A DNA stretch of 64,000 nucleotides from Nitrosopumilaceae archaeon (GCA_965208905.1 OZ242365.1:1056001-1120000); one strand, 5' to 3'; counted from the first letter of the stretch, positions 44,943-54,533 are shown. The notes: generated by a model not told the origin, from the sequence alone. Program-made: numbers and translations.

Positions 44943-46250
44943 TTATTTTTGCTTGGCCTTGGCAGCAGCCTGTATGAGAGTCATCCACTTGTTATCACCC
45001 TGTACAATTATACCGGCGGCCTCTGCCGGAGTCTGGTTATCTGATAATCCAAGGTGTGAACGCACAAAGTTATGATATAACTTCAAACCTGTTATGATAC
45101 CCGAATCCTCGCGCTTTAGACCGCGCGTTACCTTCTCACGGTGACGTAACGTGTTCCCATTGAACGACTCCATCTGGTTGTTGTGATGTATGCCATCAAA
45201 CGCGACATCGTTTACATGTTGGGTTTCTTTGTGCAGAAAGTTCTTGGCTTTGTATTGTCTCTTCCATGCATTGTGGAAGTTTGTAGCACCGTCTGATATC
45301 AGGGTATCCGGAACCTTGCCTGCTATACATTTGGCCTGCTTGAACATTGGAGCCACATCATCATTGCCCTTATGTTCAGCCACCATCTTTGAAATCCAGT
45401 ATCTTGTATCTGAATCCAACATGGCAAACAAGTATCGCTTGTTGCCCTTAATTTTCAAGTGCAGCTCATCCGTTCTCCATTCCTCTCCGACCTGTAGTTG
45501 TATTGTATCAACATAGGACTCCATTAGTTTGGCGTAGGTAGCGGCCCAATTCTGTATGGTTCTGTAGGTTATCTTGGGGCCGTTCTGCCCCAACTGTCTT
45601 GCCACCTTCCTGGATGACAATCCACTAAAGTACATTCCTACTGCCGTACAGATGTCATCCGGCGTGGTATGCTTCATCTCAAAGCCAAGGTTCTGAATGA
45701 ATCGTCTCCCACATGTTTTGCAGCCGTACTGCTGTTTCTTGCGACACTTGCCCTTCTTGATGATATTAGTAGAGTCACAGAACTTGCATCTGGTGTGATC
45801 ATGCGGCTGTATTATACGCCGTTCACCATTATGCCACTGGACTGCTTGAATGTGTTTGCATGTACTCCCTGTATGTATGTGGTCCGGGCATGAACACATC
45901 CACCCGCTACCGAAATTACGCACCTCGTATGATTCATCAGTACTCTGTGATTTGACTAGATAGTGGTCGTGCGATATACGTTCTACCTGATTATTGGCCT
46001 GATGTATCATCATGCCGCGGTCAGCACGCGCCTTTGCGCCAAGATGCTCTTCTAATGCATATGCATGCTTGCAATATATCGCATCATCAGGACATGTACA
46101 GTTCCAGCTTCGGGCTGTCCGTGTCAACGTATACTTGACGCATGGTTCAGTCTGTGAACACACCTCGTATGTAGAATCATCTACTTGACGAATCTGATTC
46201 TTTTGTTTTGTTATCAATATGCCTCGTTGTTTTCTGTAATTCATTTGCAT
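44943..46250 (-). CDS. DDE transposase (IS6/IS1-like core) with two N-terminal SWIM fingers, Zn ribbon and HTH
   Basis: CTCPD..CKH, CSCPD..CKH, CKFC..CKTC, GLSSRKVA..TIQNW, WRTDE, ISDG, NNQMESFN; start uncertain. Confidence 0.88.
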   Translation of the reverse strand: MQMNYRKQRGILITKQKNQIRQVDDSTYEVCSQTEPCVKYTLTRTARSWNCTCPDDAIYCKHAYALEEHLGAKARADRGMMIHQANNQVERISHDHYLVKSQSTDESYEVRNFGSGWMCSCPDHIHTGSTCKHIQAVQWHNGERRIIQPHDHTRCKFCDSTNIIKKGKCRKKQQYGCKTCGRRFIQNLGFEMKHTTPDDICTAVGMYFSGLSSRKVARQLGQNGPKITYRTIQNWAATYAKLMESYVDTIQLQVGEEWRTDELHLKIKGNKRYLFAMLDSDTRYWISKMVAEHKGNDDVAPMFKQAKCIAGKVPDTLISDGATNFHNAWKRQYKAKNFLHKETQHVNDVAFDGIHHNNQMESFNGNTLRHREKVTRGLKREDSGIITGLKLYHNFVRSHLGLSDNQTPAEAAGIIVQGDNKWMTLIQAAAKAKQK

Positions 46251-46366
46251 GGTAGCGTATCGGCACCATTTAAGGCGGTAAAAGTCAATCTTGAGGTATA
46301 GGAGTACTCCTGTGAACGCTGTGGGCATACATAAAATGGACTATCTGGCAACTCCACGGGTTGTAA

Positions 46367-46513
46367 GGGACTGGGAAGAAACGCTGACCCAGAGTCGAAA
46401 TGGAGGTCTTGTACGATTAGGAGTGCGGAGTGGAAATTGTACGTCTGGGGCGGAAACATAGGTCAAATCACTACGCGCTATTTTGGGGCACACGCTATAT
46501 TTGGGACAGTTCA
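46367..46513. repeat. Internal transposon-end-like repeat cluster B
   Basis: GGGACTGGGAAGAAACGCTGACC plus CGGAGTGGAAA..GGTCA-type motifs and TTTGGGACAG. Confidence 0.85.
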
Positions 46514-46777
46514 AAGAGTGGTCCACTCAACATCCCGTGAAAACCGAGCTATGACTATCATCTTTGAGGAGTGCTTGAGTCCAGAGATAACATGACAGTA
46601 GTGTGTGTACTGGCCGGAGGGAGGCTGTAAAAACCAGTCCTATAAAGGGGCCTAGACTAGAAATGGCATAAGGTGTGTGGTAGGTGCATGAGGTCAGTTT
46701 TAGTGAACTGAGTATAAGGCTATGTACCATCATTTTCTGTCTTAAACATTGAAATTAACGATAAACGTTCGTGACAT

Positions 46778-47255
46778 ATGCGAGGCTATTATGCGATACA
46801 GGTTTGTATGAATGGGCATGTTATCACTGATCGGCATAGGTGGGACGACGTCGAATATTGTACAGAATGTGGGGAGAAGACAATAATCAAATGTCAAAAT
46901 CAAAGCTGTGGTGAGGAGATACGTGGTGAGTCAACTACCCCCTCCAATTTCCCGCTCGCTGTAGGTTGGCCCAGCACCAAATAACTGTCATAAATGTGGA
47001 GAACCATACCCTTGGACACGGGATAAGATCGAAGCACTTCAGAAGTTGATAGAGTTGTCATCTCTGGACAAGGAACACAAAAAATACGTGTTGGATGAGG
47101 TTGTACACATCATAAGTGAAACACCAAAGACCAAAATCATTTGTGATGTATTTAAGAAAATCATTCCTGAAGATGAATCATCGATTTGGTCTGTACTCAT
47201 AGAGGTGGCTACACAGAAGGCAAAGGACATTCTAACCGGCGTGTCACCGACATAG
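46778..47255 (+). pseudogene. DUF2321-like Zn-finger protein, frameshifted near 46970
   Basis: QVCMNGHVIT..CTECG..IRG, continuing in a shifted frame as CHKCGEPYPWT. Confidence 0.75.
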
Positions 47256-47322
47256 ATGGCAATTTACATGAAACCATCCAGATTTCCACAATGGGAGCCA
47301 AGAAAAGAGTAGCCTTTGTTAA

Positions 47323-50274
47323 TCATCCTTCCAAATCTTTCCGACCCAAATGCTTCTCATGTACCAACCAATCGTATATCTGTTCTAAGTTGTCCACACT
47401 CAATCCCAATATATCCGAAACACGCCTGTCAATCTCTTGTCGCACCTTATCACTATCCACCATATTGATGGGCTTCATCTCCTTTTTACAAAGGTCATCG
47501 AAAACCCCATCCAACTGTGTGATGATGTGTTCGTCCATGCTAGCAAAATCCGGCACAGGCATTTGTCTGCATGACGTTAGTGTCATCAAGCCACGTTCAG
47601 TTTGCTGTGAGTTGGATACGAACCAATATGTGAGTATTCCAAAGATTGAGTTAAACCATACCATAAACGCTTTTTCATGATTACTATCATTCAGTCTGAC
47701 GTTGGGCCATGCACTACCACCAACTGTCTCCATCTCCGTATATGCGGCAATCAATCGTTGGGAGGTATACCGAACATACAGGTTGATGTGTGTATGTGTT
47801 CTTGTATCCCAAACATTGTTTACCTGTTCCTTTGTTGCATCTTGTTTTTTCTCTAATGAATAATCCGGAGGCACAACCATAATTCGTTGTGTTTTAGCAT
47901 CATTTCCCCACAAACACTGGTATCTTTGTCTGCGCCCGTATCTGATTTTTATAAAAGGACCCTGCGGAGTACCATCATGTTTGGTTCCAATTATGTCAAG
48001 GTGATGTTTCCCCATGTACGATATTTCTCCAATAGTAGTCATTTCAATACCCAACCCACCATTTATCAGACTGTATGCAGTCTGTAAGAGAAATATGTTT
48101 GATGTTCTGGTCAACATCCATCGTCCATCTTCCACAGTACAGTCTAACATATCGCCAACATGTGTGTCTCCTAAAACAAGTGACGTTCCACCCATGCAAT
48201 GCTCAATTCTATTGGCCGGTGTTTTTCGTATGATTTTTGCAACCTCCAACCCTCCAAGACGTGACGTAGGTAGTTTATTGAGCAATACAAATTTAATTCT
48301 GGGAAATTGCCCTTCTGGCCACTTGGTTGTTCTTTTACGGGCTATCAATACCACCTCCTCCATTCCTGTACCGGCAGAGAAGGTCAACTCATCAGTTCCT
48401 GCTGAACGACGCAGTCTGACTACTGTTATGTCATCGTACCATTGGTTCAATACTTCACGTATGTCTGACCATGCCGAACCAGAAGTCATGGTAGCTGGCA
48501 GTATGAAGCCCATCACACCACCTGGTTTTAGTTTCCGATGGGTGATTGCAATAAAGTATGATGCCAGACCGGCATGTCCATGAGATCCGGTTTCGCAGAA
48601 GAGGTTAGCGTTGGTTTTTCCCATATCACTCTGTATATCCGGCGGTATACCAAATACAGCAAAAGGAGGAACCGGGTCGGTTCGTCCACTGCCGTGGTTT
48701 GTAGCCTTTACGAATGGTGGATTCATGAGTACAAAATCAAACGATTCAGAACGAAGCCTCACACTCGTAAGATTCTGTCCGCCTTGTCCACCATGTCTTT
48801 TACCAACATCTCCAGATAGTGCCTCTATCTCAAGGCTTATGGAGTCTTCACTAATTTCTGAATCTACATCTCTAATAAGATCCAACGAGCCCAATGAACG
48901 AACAGGTTTACGAGGCCGTGTCTTTACCGGCATCGGTGTCCCTATTGGCATCTGGTATATTCTGGCTTCTTTGAATATGTTCGCGGGATATAACACAGCC
49001 AAGTTGGAAACTGTCAAATGTGTTGCGGTCGGCATTATATCAAAACCCCACAATACATCAGCCATTACTGTGGGGTGCATCTTTGCAATATTCTCGTCAT
49101 TGGCATGACAATGTATTATGTGGTTATATGCGGCGGTCAGCAACATGCCGGTGCCACACGCAAAGTCAGCTATGCGGAGTTTCTCTATGCGAGATTTATC
49201 ATTCCAAATTTTATCACTTATCGGGGGCAATACAAGTTCGGCTAAAAGTGTAGCAGCTTCAGGTCTAGTATAGAATGAGGCCGATTTTTTTCGTTCAATT
49301 AGGTCATTCTGATATAATGCACCATATACATCGCCAGAATTCTGCATGCCGAGACTCATTACAACTGAGACTGTTTGAATTATCACATCTATAATGACAG
49401 ATGCAGATCGTTCCGGTATCACATTAAACAGGTCGCGTGTAATCTCAAAGACTGGACCATAATTGATGTCCAATACAGATTCCATACCATTCATGATGTC
49501 ATATTTGGTGGGCTTGTTTGTCAGAGAACCAATGGATGTAAGTGTCTTTATTTCGTCTAGATGTGAAGATAGTTCTTCATAAAAGATACTTCCATTGAGT
49601 AGCATCAACGCGGCCATAGACATAGCTTGTCTGTCACTCATACCATACAGGGTGTCAGTACTCTTGTTATAGCCCAACAAACTGATTATCTCTGACTTGA
49701 CACCGTTGTCAGCATCAACCAATGTATTGGCTATACTGTTTATCTGCTTCTGAATAATTTCTGTATACTCATCTTCAACATTGCGTGATACTATGGAAAG
49801 GCGTGTCGCCGTTATAACATCGGTTATGTTCCCCCTTAGGTATCCGTTGGTGGGAAATCTGTTGGTGCGGTCATGTACAAAATATTCCAGCTCGGAACTA
49901 CCAAACTTTGTTCGAAAGTCATCCGCGTCATCTGCATGCGCAAGCTCGTCGGGGAACAGCACCCCGACTATGGCTGACGGTGTGATGTTACCTTCCTCCA
50001 ACGTTACTTCTAAACGGTCGCCGACCTCCCGCTCCAGATTGCTCCTGTCTGTCTCCAACTCAATAATTACGGCTTGGTTTACGCTTCCTGTCCCCTTTGG
50101 TCGCACTATGATGTCAGGTCGCTTGCCGTGTTTACCAGAGACGGTCCGTGTCCTCTCGGCCTTTGCAGTACACCAGCCACTGTCATTTATGACCTCTGCT
50201 ACCCAGGGGTTGATTGCAGACTCTACGGCCCGGCCACCACGACGCGTTATGGGAAGCAACCTCCGTCCGGCCAC
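47323..50274 (-). CDS. Fused restriction endonuclease / N6-adenine methyltransferase (type IIG/IIL-like)
   Basis: N-terminal PDII..IIELE, FYT, DFACGTG, MNPPF, C-terminal specificity-like region. Confidence 0.85.
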   Translation of the reverse strand: MAGRRLLPITRRGGRAVESAINPWVAEVINDSGWCTAKAERTRTVSGKHGKRPDIIVRPKGTGSVNQAVIIELETDRSNLEREVGDRLEVTLEEGNITPSAIVGVLFPDELAHADDADDFRTKFGSSELEYFVHDRTNRFPTNGYLRGNITDVITATRLSIVSRNVEDEYTEIIQKQINSIANTLVDADNGVKSEIISLLGYNKSTDTLYGMSDRQAMSMAALMLLNGSIFYEELSSHLDEIKTLTSIGSLTNKPTKYDIMNGMESVLDINYGPVFEITRDLFNVIPERSASVIIDVIIQTVSVVMSLGMQNSGDVYGALYQNDLIERKKSASFYTRPEAATLLAELVLPPISDKIWNDKSRIEKLRIADFACGTGMLLTAAYNHIIHCHANDENIAKMHPTVMADVLWGFDIMPTATHLTVSNLAVLYPANIFKEARIYQMPIGTPMPVKTRPRKPVRSLGSLDLIRDVDSEISEDSISLEIEALSGDVGKRHGGQGGQNLTSVRLRSESFDFVLMNPPFVKATNHGSGRTDPVPPFAVFGIPPDIQSDMGKTNANLFCETGSHGHAGLASYFIAITHRKLKPGGVMGFILPATMTSGSAWSDIREVLNQWYDDITVVRLRRSAGTDELTFSAGTGMEEVVLIARKRTTKWPEGQFPRIKFVLLNKLPTSRLGGLEVAKIIRKTPANRIEHCMGGTSLVLGDTHVGDMLDCTVEDGRWMLTRTSNIFLLQTAYSLINGGLGIEMTTIGEISYMGKHHLDIIGTKHDGTPQGPFIKIRYGRRQRYQCLWGNDAKTQRIMVVPPDYSLEKKQDATKEQVNNVWDTRTHTHINLYVRYTSQRLIAAYTEMETVGGSAWPNVRLNDSNHEKAFMVWFNSIFGILTYWFVSNSQQTERGLMTLTSCRQMPVPDFASMDEHIITQLDGVFDDLCKKEMKPINMVDSDKVRQEIDRRVSDILGLSVDNLEQIYDWLVHEKHLGRKDLEG

Positions 50275-50623
50275 CTCTTTGCAGTATTAAATCTACCAAA
50301 TGTTTTGTAGCTTGCTTTATAGTGCCAATAGACGCACCACAACCGTGATGATTGCCCACCGCTAGTTGTTCGTGCCGCCAAGCACTGTTCGTGCCGCCAA
50401 GCACTGTTCGTGCCGCCAAGCACTGTTCAGCTTCCAAGGTCTGCGAGCACCCTCTCTGCATTAAGAGAATGTCTATCCTTGACTGCGTCTCCCCAATTTC
50501 CAACACCGTCGCCTTTCTCTTGGATTCAATCTTTGATGCCAGCCCACAGTAGATAGCCCGATGCTGGCCTTGTTTATGCCGGATAATGTTGCCCTTGATG
50601 GTCTTGAAGTTGATGGAACTCAT
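50183..50623 (-). pseudogene. Small hypothetical gene, probably frameshifted by a 19-bp tandem repeat
   Basis: ORF runs through the repeat 50367-50428; with one unit it would end ...EQCLAARTTSGGQSSRLWCVYWHYK...GGCFP*. Confidence 0.45.
50367..50428. repeat. 19-bp tandem repeat x3.3 (TGTTCGTGCCGCCAAGCAC)
   Basis: Three perfect units plus TGTTC. Confidence 0.95.
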
Positions 50624-50737
50624 ATAGAAAATATAGACGATCTGTTAATAAGGTTATACGAACAGCCGCCTCCAAACTCAGTGTTGTAAGAACTTTTAAC
50701 CTAACTGAACTATTAAAATTATGATCTGGAATTGTCC

Positions 50738-50867
50738 TGACCTATGTTTCCGCCTCAGACCAACATTTCCACTCCGCTAAAACATACCTCGTTTCCACTC
50801 CGCACGCCTGATGTATAACTAATGTACTCCAACTACTATTTCCAGTCTAGGCACCACTTTGGGACAG
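50738..50867. repeat. Internal repeat cluster C
   Basis: TGACCTATGTTTCCGCCTC, two TTTCCACTCCG motifs, and one arm of a 24-bp inverted repeat. Confidence 0.85.
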
Positions 50868-50935
50868 GCGCCATTAATGGGACAGTCCACACAATCAATC
50901 CCCTTTTAATATAATGTCGTTTTGATAACCACATT

Positions 50936-51454
50936 GTGGACTGGTACGCGGAGATTTTACCATCAATTATGTCAGCATCGATAGCGATTGCCATAATAAC
51001 TACACTTGTGCTAGCAAGGAAGGACAAGAAACGCGAGTGCCGCGAGAGGCAAGCTACGGAGGTAAAGATGCTGCTTGATGCACACATGAACTTATGGAGT
51101 GGCCTGCGGCAGATGGAGGCGCATGCTGCTGGTATACCTGATAGGAATAAGCAGTCGGGTAGTCACGCCCTGTTGGTAGACGACTTCAAGTGGCTTCGCG
51201 ACGTATTACGCAACGAGTCGCTCATGTTGGCGCCCGAGATACATGATGAATACGTCAAGTTTCTCAAAGAACCCCTGAAGCAGGCAATGTTTGGCCTCGG
51301 CAGCTATATCCCCGCTAGCTCTCACATATATGGTGCGTCAGATACACCGTACTTGGCTAACCTCTCCAAAATGCAGCAAATAGCCGAGAAGCAGTGGAAG
51401 AAGTATGAGTCCGAATACCGCATGCTTGGTGGAAAGTATCCGCACGCCAGATGA
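50936..51454 (+). CDS. Hypothetical protein with N-terminal TM helix
   Basis: 172-aa ORF with hydrophobic N-terminus. Confidence 0.7.
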   Translation: MDWYAEILPSIMSASIAIAIITTLVLARKDKKRECRERQATEVKMLLDAHMNLWSGLRQMEAHAAGIPDRNKQSGSHALLVDDFKWLRDVLRNESLMLAPEIHDEYVKFLKEPLKQAMFGLGSYIPASSHIYGASDTPYLANLSKMQQIAEKQWKKYESEYRMLGGKYPHAR

Positions 51455-51476
51455 TCTTCCAATACCTCAACCCACA

Positions 51477-52430
51477 TTACGCCTCAACAGTAGGATAGTC
51501 AACATACTCGAACTTCAGCGACTCTATCATGGCCTTGGCCTCCTCAACACATTCAAACTTGGGCGAACACACCAGATAACCTATACCGCGCCTCTCCTCC
51601 GTAAACCCGCCTTGGCCGACCCGAAGGGCTATGACACACCGGTTCTCCGGCAGATGAAGTCCCCACTCTTTTGGTATGAATATACTCCACGGCTGCTGCC
51701 AGTGTTCCATGTATGCAACAACCACTCCCGGGCGGTACCTGCGCATCTGCCCCATCTTGCGCGTCAGGGTGTGGAAGTTGGCATCGGCATCGTCTCCCCT
51801 ACCTCCGTATTTTGTGACGTACTTCATTTTGGGGCGGTACTTGCCCGGATCAATGCAGAACTCGCCCCCCACATACACACCGCGCTTCATGGTACATGCC
51901 TCTTCGTATGCAAGCGGACCAGTGCCGTACCAAACCTCTACGTCCCACCTGTTGTTGTTCATGTCTTCAATGTCAATGTCAAATGTATGTTTGTTGTCAC
52001 AGTCCATATGTTCCACCTCGATGTCCACTATTCGGAATCCTGCCTCGTAGAACCACTTGGTGACGCGCGCCTGAACTGCAATCCCGCCCCCATCACTGCC
52101 TGTCTGCAAGCGATCCAACTCCCTGTCGACATCGCCCCGCAACTCGTAGATGTTTTGGGCCGTCTCAAATTTCCGCATCAGGTTGGGGTGTAGCCGGCGC
52201 AATTCGTCAATGTCGGGTGCATCCTGCCGCTCCAATATGTGTCGCAGGGTTCGTGTTCGACACAACTGTCCACGGTAGTCCGTGATCTGTTTTGTGATGG
52301 AATCGTACTTCTTGGCTTGGCCCTCCCGGCAAATATTGGACTGGTTTGTCTTCCACCACTCCAGCAACTCGTCCAACGTTTTGAGGCCCGCGCATGGGTC
52401 AAATTTTGCCATGCTCTGTTCCCGATGCAC
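51477..52430 (-). CDS. Hypothetical protein, possible PD-(D/E)XK nuclease fold
   Basis: FDIDIEDMNNNRWDVEV acidic motif; function tentative. Confidence 0.55.
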   Translation of the reverse strand: MHREQSMAKFDPCAGLKTLDELLEWWKTNQSNICREGQAKKYDSITKQITDYRGQLCRTRTLRHILERQDAPDIDELRRLHPNLMRKFETAQNIYELRGDVDRELDRLQTGSDGGGIAVQARVTKWFYEAGFRIVDIEVEHMDCDNKHTFDIDIEDMNNNRWDVEVWYGTGPLAYEEACTMKRGVYVGGEFCIDPGKYRPKMKYVTKYGGRGDDADANFHTLTRKMGQMRRYRPGVVVAYMEHWQQPWSIFIPKEWGLHLPENRCVIALRVGQGGFTEERRGIGYLVCSPKFECVEEAKAMIESLKFEYVDYPTVEA

Positions 52431-52461
52431 ATCTTCTATTAAGGTTTAGCTTTGACCTGAA

Positions 52462-52585
52462 CTGTCCCAAAGTGGTGCCTAGACTAGATATAGGGCCATG
52501 TTTAGTGGAGGGGAGATTATACGTCTAAGGTGGAAACGTAGGTCACCAACTTTCCAATTCTGGGTCAGTGTTTCTTACCAGTCCA
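52462..52585. repeat. Internal repeat cluster D
   Basis: Second arm of the 24-bp inverted repeat, GGTGGAAACGTAGGTCA, right-end-like GGGTCAGTGTTTCTTACCAGTCC. Confidence 0.85.
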
Positions 52586-52652
52586 GATTATGATGTGTAG
52601 TGTTTGTCCAAATAACACCCGGAATTCAGAAAAACCACGTCACCCGCAGATA

Positions 52653-53555
52653 TTAGGTTCGGCGCTTCCCAGTCTTACATTGTTTAAGTTTCAGCAGCAG
52701 TCTTTTAATATCCTTCTCATCTCTTACAGGCGCATAGTAGTTGCCCGTACCGTGGTGGCCAGGATCGGATACATCCTTTACAAATTCATCTTCCGTAAAA
52801 TCACCCTTCCGACCAAAATAGACTTTGATCTTACTACGCTGAACTATCGCGGTGCATAGTAGATACTCACCATCACGCCCAAATCCGACATAGTATTTCG
52901 TTGGCAATTCCTTTACTCCTGAGAATGTAGAGAGCATCCTATCACGAAGTGTCTTGTATAGTGGGTTTTTGGATTCATGTGGATTGGTGTTCGAAGTTCG
53001 TTCTTGCTCTGTGTTGGTTTCAAGTATTTTAGGTGTAGTCTTTACGGCCGTATCTATTGGACCGCGTTTACCAGCTATATACCTCAGTGTCACAATCCCA
53101 TTTTCAAACTTCCTTAACTCATACAGGCATTCATTATCTTTTTTACCCGCAGCGTATATCTGATCCTTGTTAAACTCTGGTGCGACGATTATTGCATAGA
53201 TGTTATTCCACTTGAATGAATTCGGATCCTCATGGGCGTTATACGATTTATTGTATGCCAGAGTCAGTGTAGCGCGATTATCATCCATCTTATTGAGATA
53301 GTTTTCGGCCTGCTGGCGAACCGTATCAGAACGCCTGTTCTTGTACTCGATTGCTACAAAAGTATGGGCTTGGGGGTCATATACAACCGTATCTGGAATT
53401 TTGTCTGATATTTGCATCTTACTTTTGACCAACTTTAGATTTGGAAATAGTATGTGTAGATTATCTTCGAACCACTTGTGTTGTTTACTCTCGTCGGGAA
53501 AGTTAACATCGTCCAACTCACAACATCCTTTGGTGGATGTGTAGAATGTACGCAT
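52653..53555 (-). CDS. NucS-like endonuclease + DUF5655-like domain
   Basis: E..PDTVVYD..VAIEYK..Q..Y, IIVAPEF, TKYYVGF, GHHGTGNY. Confidence 0.78.
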   Translation of the reverse strand: MRTFYTSTKGCCELDDVNFPDESKQHKWFEDNLHILFPNLKLVKSKMQISDKIPDTVVYDPQAHTFVAIEYKNRRSDTVRQQAENYLNKMDDNRATLTLAYNKSYNAHEDPNSFKWNNIYAIIVAPEFNKDQIYAAGKKDNECLYELRKFENGIVTLRYIAGKRGPIDTAVKTTPKILETNTEQERTSNTNPHESKNPLYKTLRDRMLSTFSGVKELPTKYYVGFGRDGEYLLCTAIVQRSKIKVYFGRKGDFTEDEFVKDVSDPGHHGTGNYYAPVRDEKDIKRLLLKLKQCKTGKRRT

Positions 53556-53752
53556 ACGTTTTTGGTATAATGGCGATATTTAATATTGTTGTAAATGTGA
53601 AGTCATGCCTGGACTAGTAATGTAGGTATGCAACCACCATTTCTACTCCGCTAAAACAGATCTCATTTCCAGTCCGGACGCCTGATGTATAAAGACCTGC
53701 GTTTCCAGTCCGGGTCAGTACTTTCCCTAGGTCAGCATTTCTTCCCAGTTCC

Positions 53753-54456
53753 GATATGGTACGGCGCGTCTCATCATTCCATGTACGGTTCGTGCGGAAT
53801 GCGGTTGCTGTATCGTATGATGTGATATTTGAGGTGTTATGGTCTGTCTTGCACACGACGGTCGGATTTGTTATCCCCCTGTCTATGCCGGCAACAACCC
53901 CGGTCTTGGCGCACCGTTCGGGTGCCGGTACGTCATATGTTATGTGTAGCCGGTAGATATGGTCACACGACTTGACATGCACCCACGACTTTGGTGTAAC
54001 CTGCACCAAACGGAAAGACCTGGCGCCATACAGCCAGTTGTGTGGAAATTGATATGACTGCTCCTCGCACAACTCAACAACACCAAGGCCCGGCAATGAC
54101 GCGTGCCTGTTGTCCACATATACAGGCTGCACATCACATGATACTGCCTTTGTATTATCGCGCTTTCTGGAGCGGAAACTTAGTTTGCCGTTGCCGTATT
54201 TGTTCGAGACATCCGCAGCAGTGCGGGCTTGGTGTATGGCAGTATTTTGGTATATACGCTCTACTGTTTGCAGCCACTGCACGGAACGCCTCATCTTGGT
54301 GAACTCCCTGGAGAGATCATATGTAGTGAGTGTGGGGTTAGTAAGCAGCCGCTCCACGGCCCAGTTGTACACGAACCGCTGTGAGTCCCGTATTTTAGAT
54401 ATGTGACGCGCCTGAGAGCGTGTCAGGTCTATGCGGAAACCATAAGACCGATACAT
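53753..54456 (-). pseudogene. tnpB: tnpB, 5' part (HTH/REC-WED, RuvC-I)
   Basis: YGFRI..RFVYNWA, GIDRG; cut by the 9-kb transposon at RRTIS. Confidence 0.92.
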
Positions 54457-54533
54457 GTAGTTTTATACACTATAATACTTTATAAATATGTATCCTACAG
54501 GACTTGCCTTGCCTGCCCAGGCATATAATTCCC

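Larger units (their letters stand above)
44770..53752. mobile_element. 8,983-bp cargo transposon inserted in tnpB
   Basis: 42-bp TIRs (40/42) at 44770-44811 and 53711-53752; 8-bp TSD GATATGGT at 44762-44769 and 53753-53760. Confidence 0.92.
42872..54533 (-). mobile_element. TIR-bounded TnpB-only element (~1420 bp once the two nested insertions are removed)
   Basis: TIRs 42872-42894 GGGAATTATATACCTGGGTATGC and revcomp of 54511-54533 GGGAATTATATGCCTGGGCAGGC (20/23); TSD TTGGCACA at 42864-42871 and 54534-54541. Confidence 0.88.

Noticed and set aside
50367-50428. 19-bp repeat as a mini-CRISPR
   Set aside because: Units are directly adjacent with no spacers.
44770-53752. Repeat clusters as a CRISPR array
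   Set aside because: Repeats are degenerate, occur in both orientations, are irregularly spaced and lack unique spacers; no cas genes are present.
53614-53752. C-terminus of the 280-aa ORF 53614-54456
   Set aside because: It is read-through of truncated tnpB into the transposon end, not real protein sequence.
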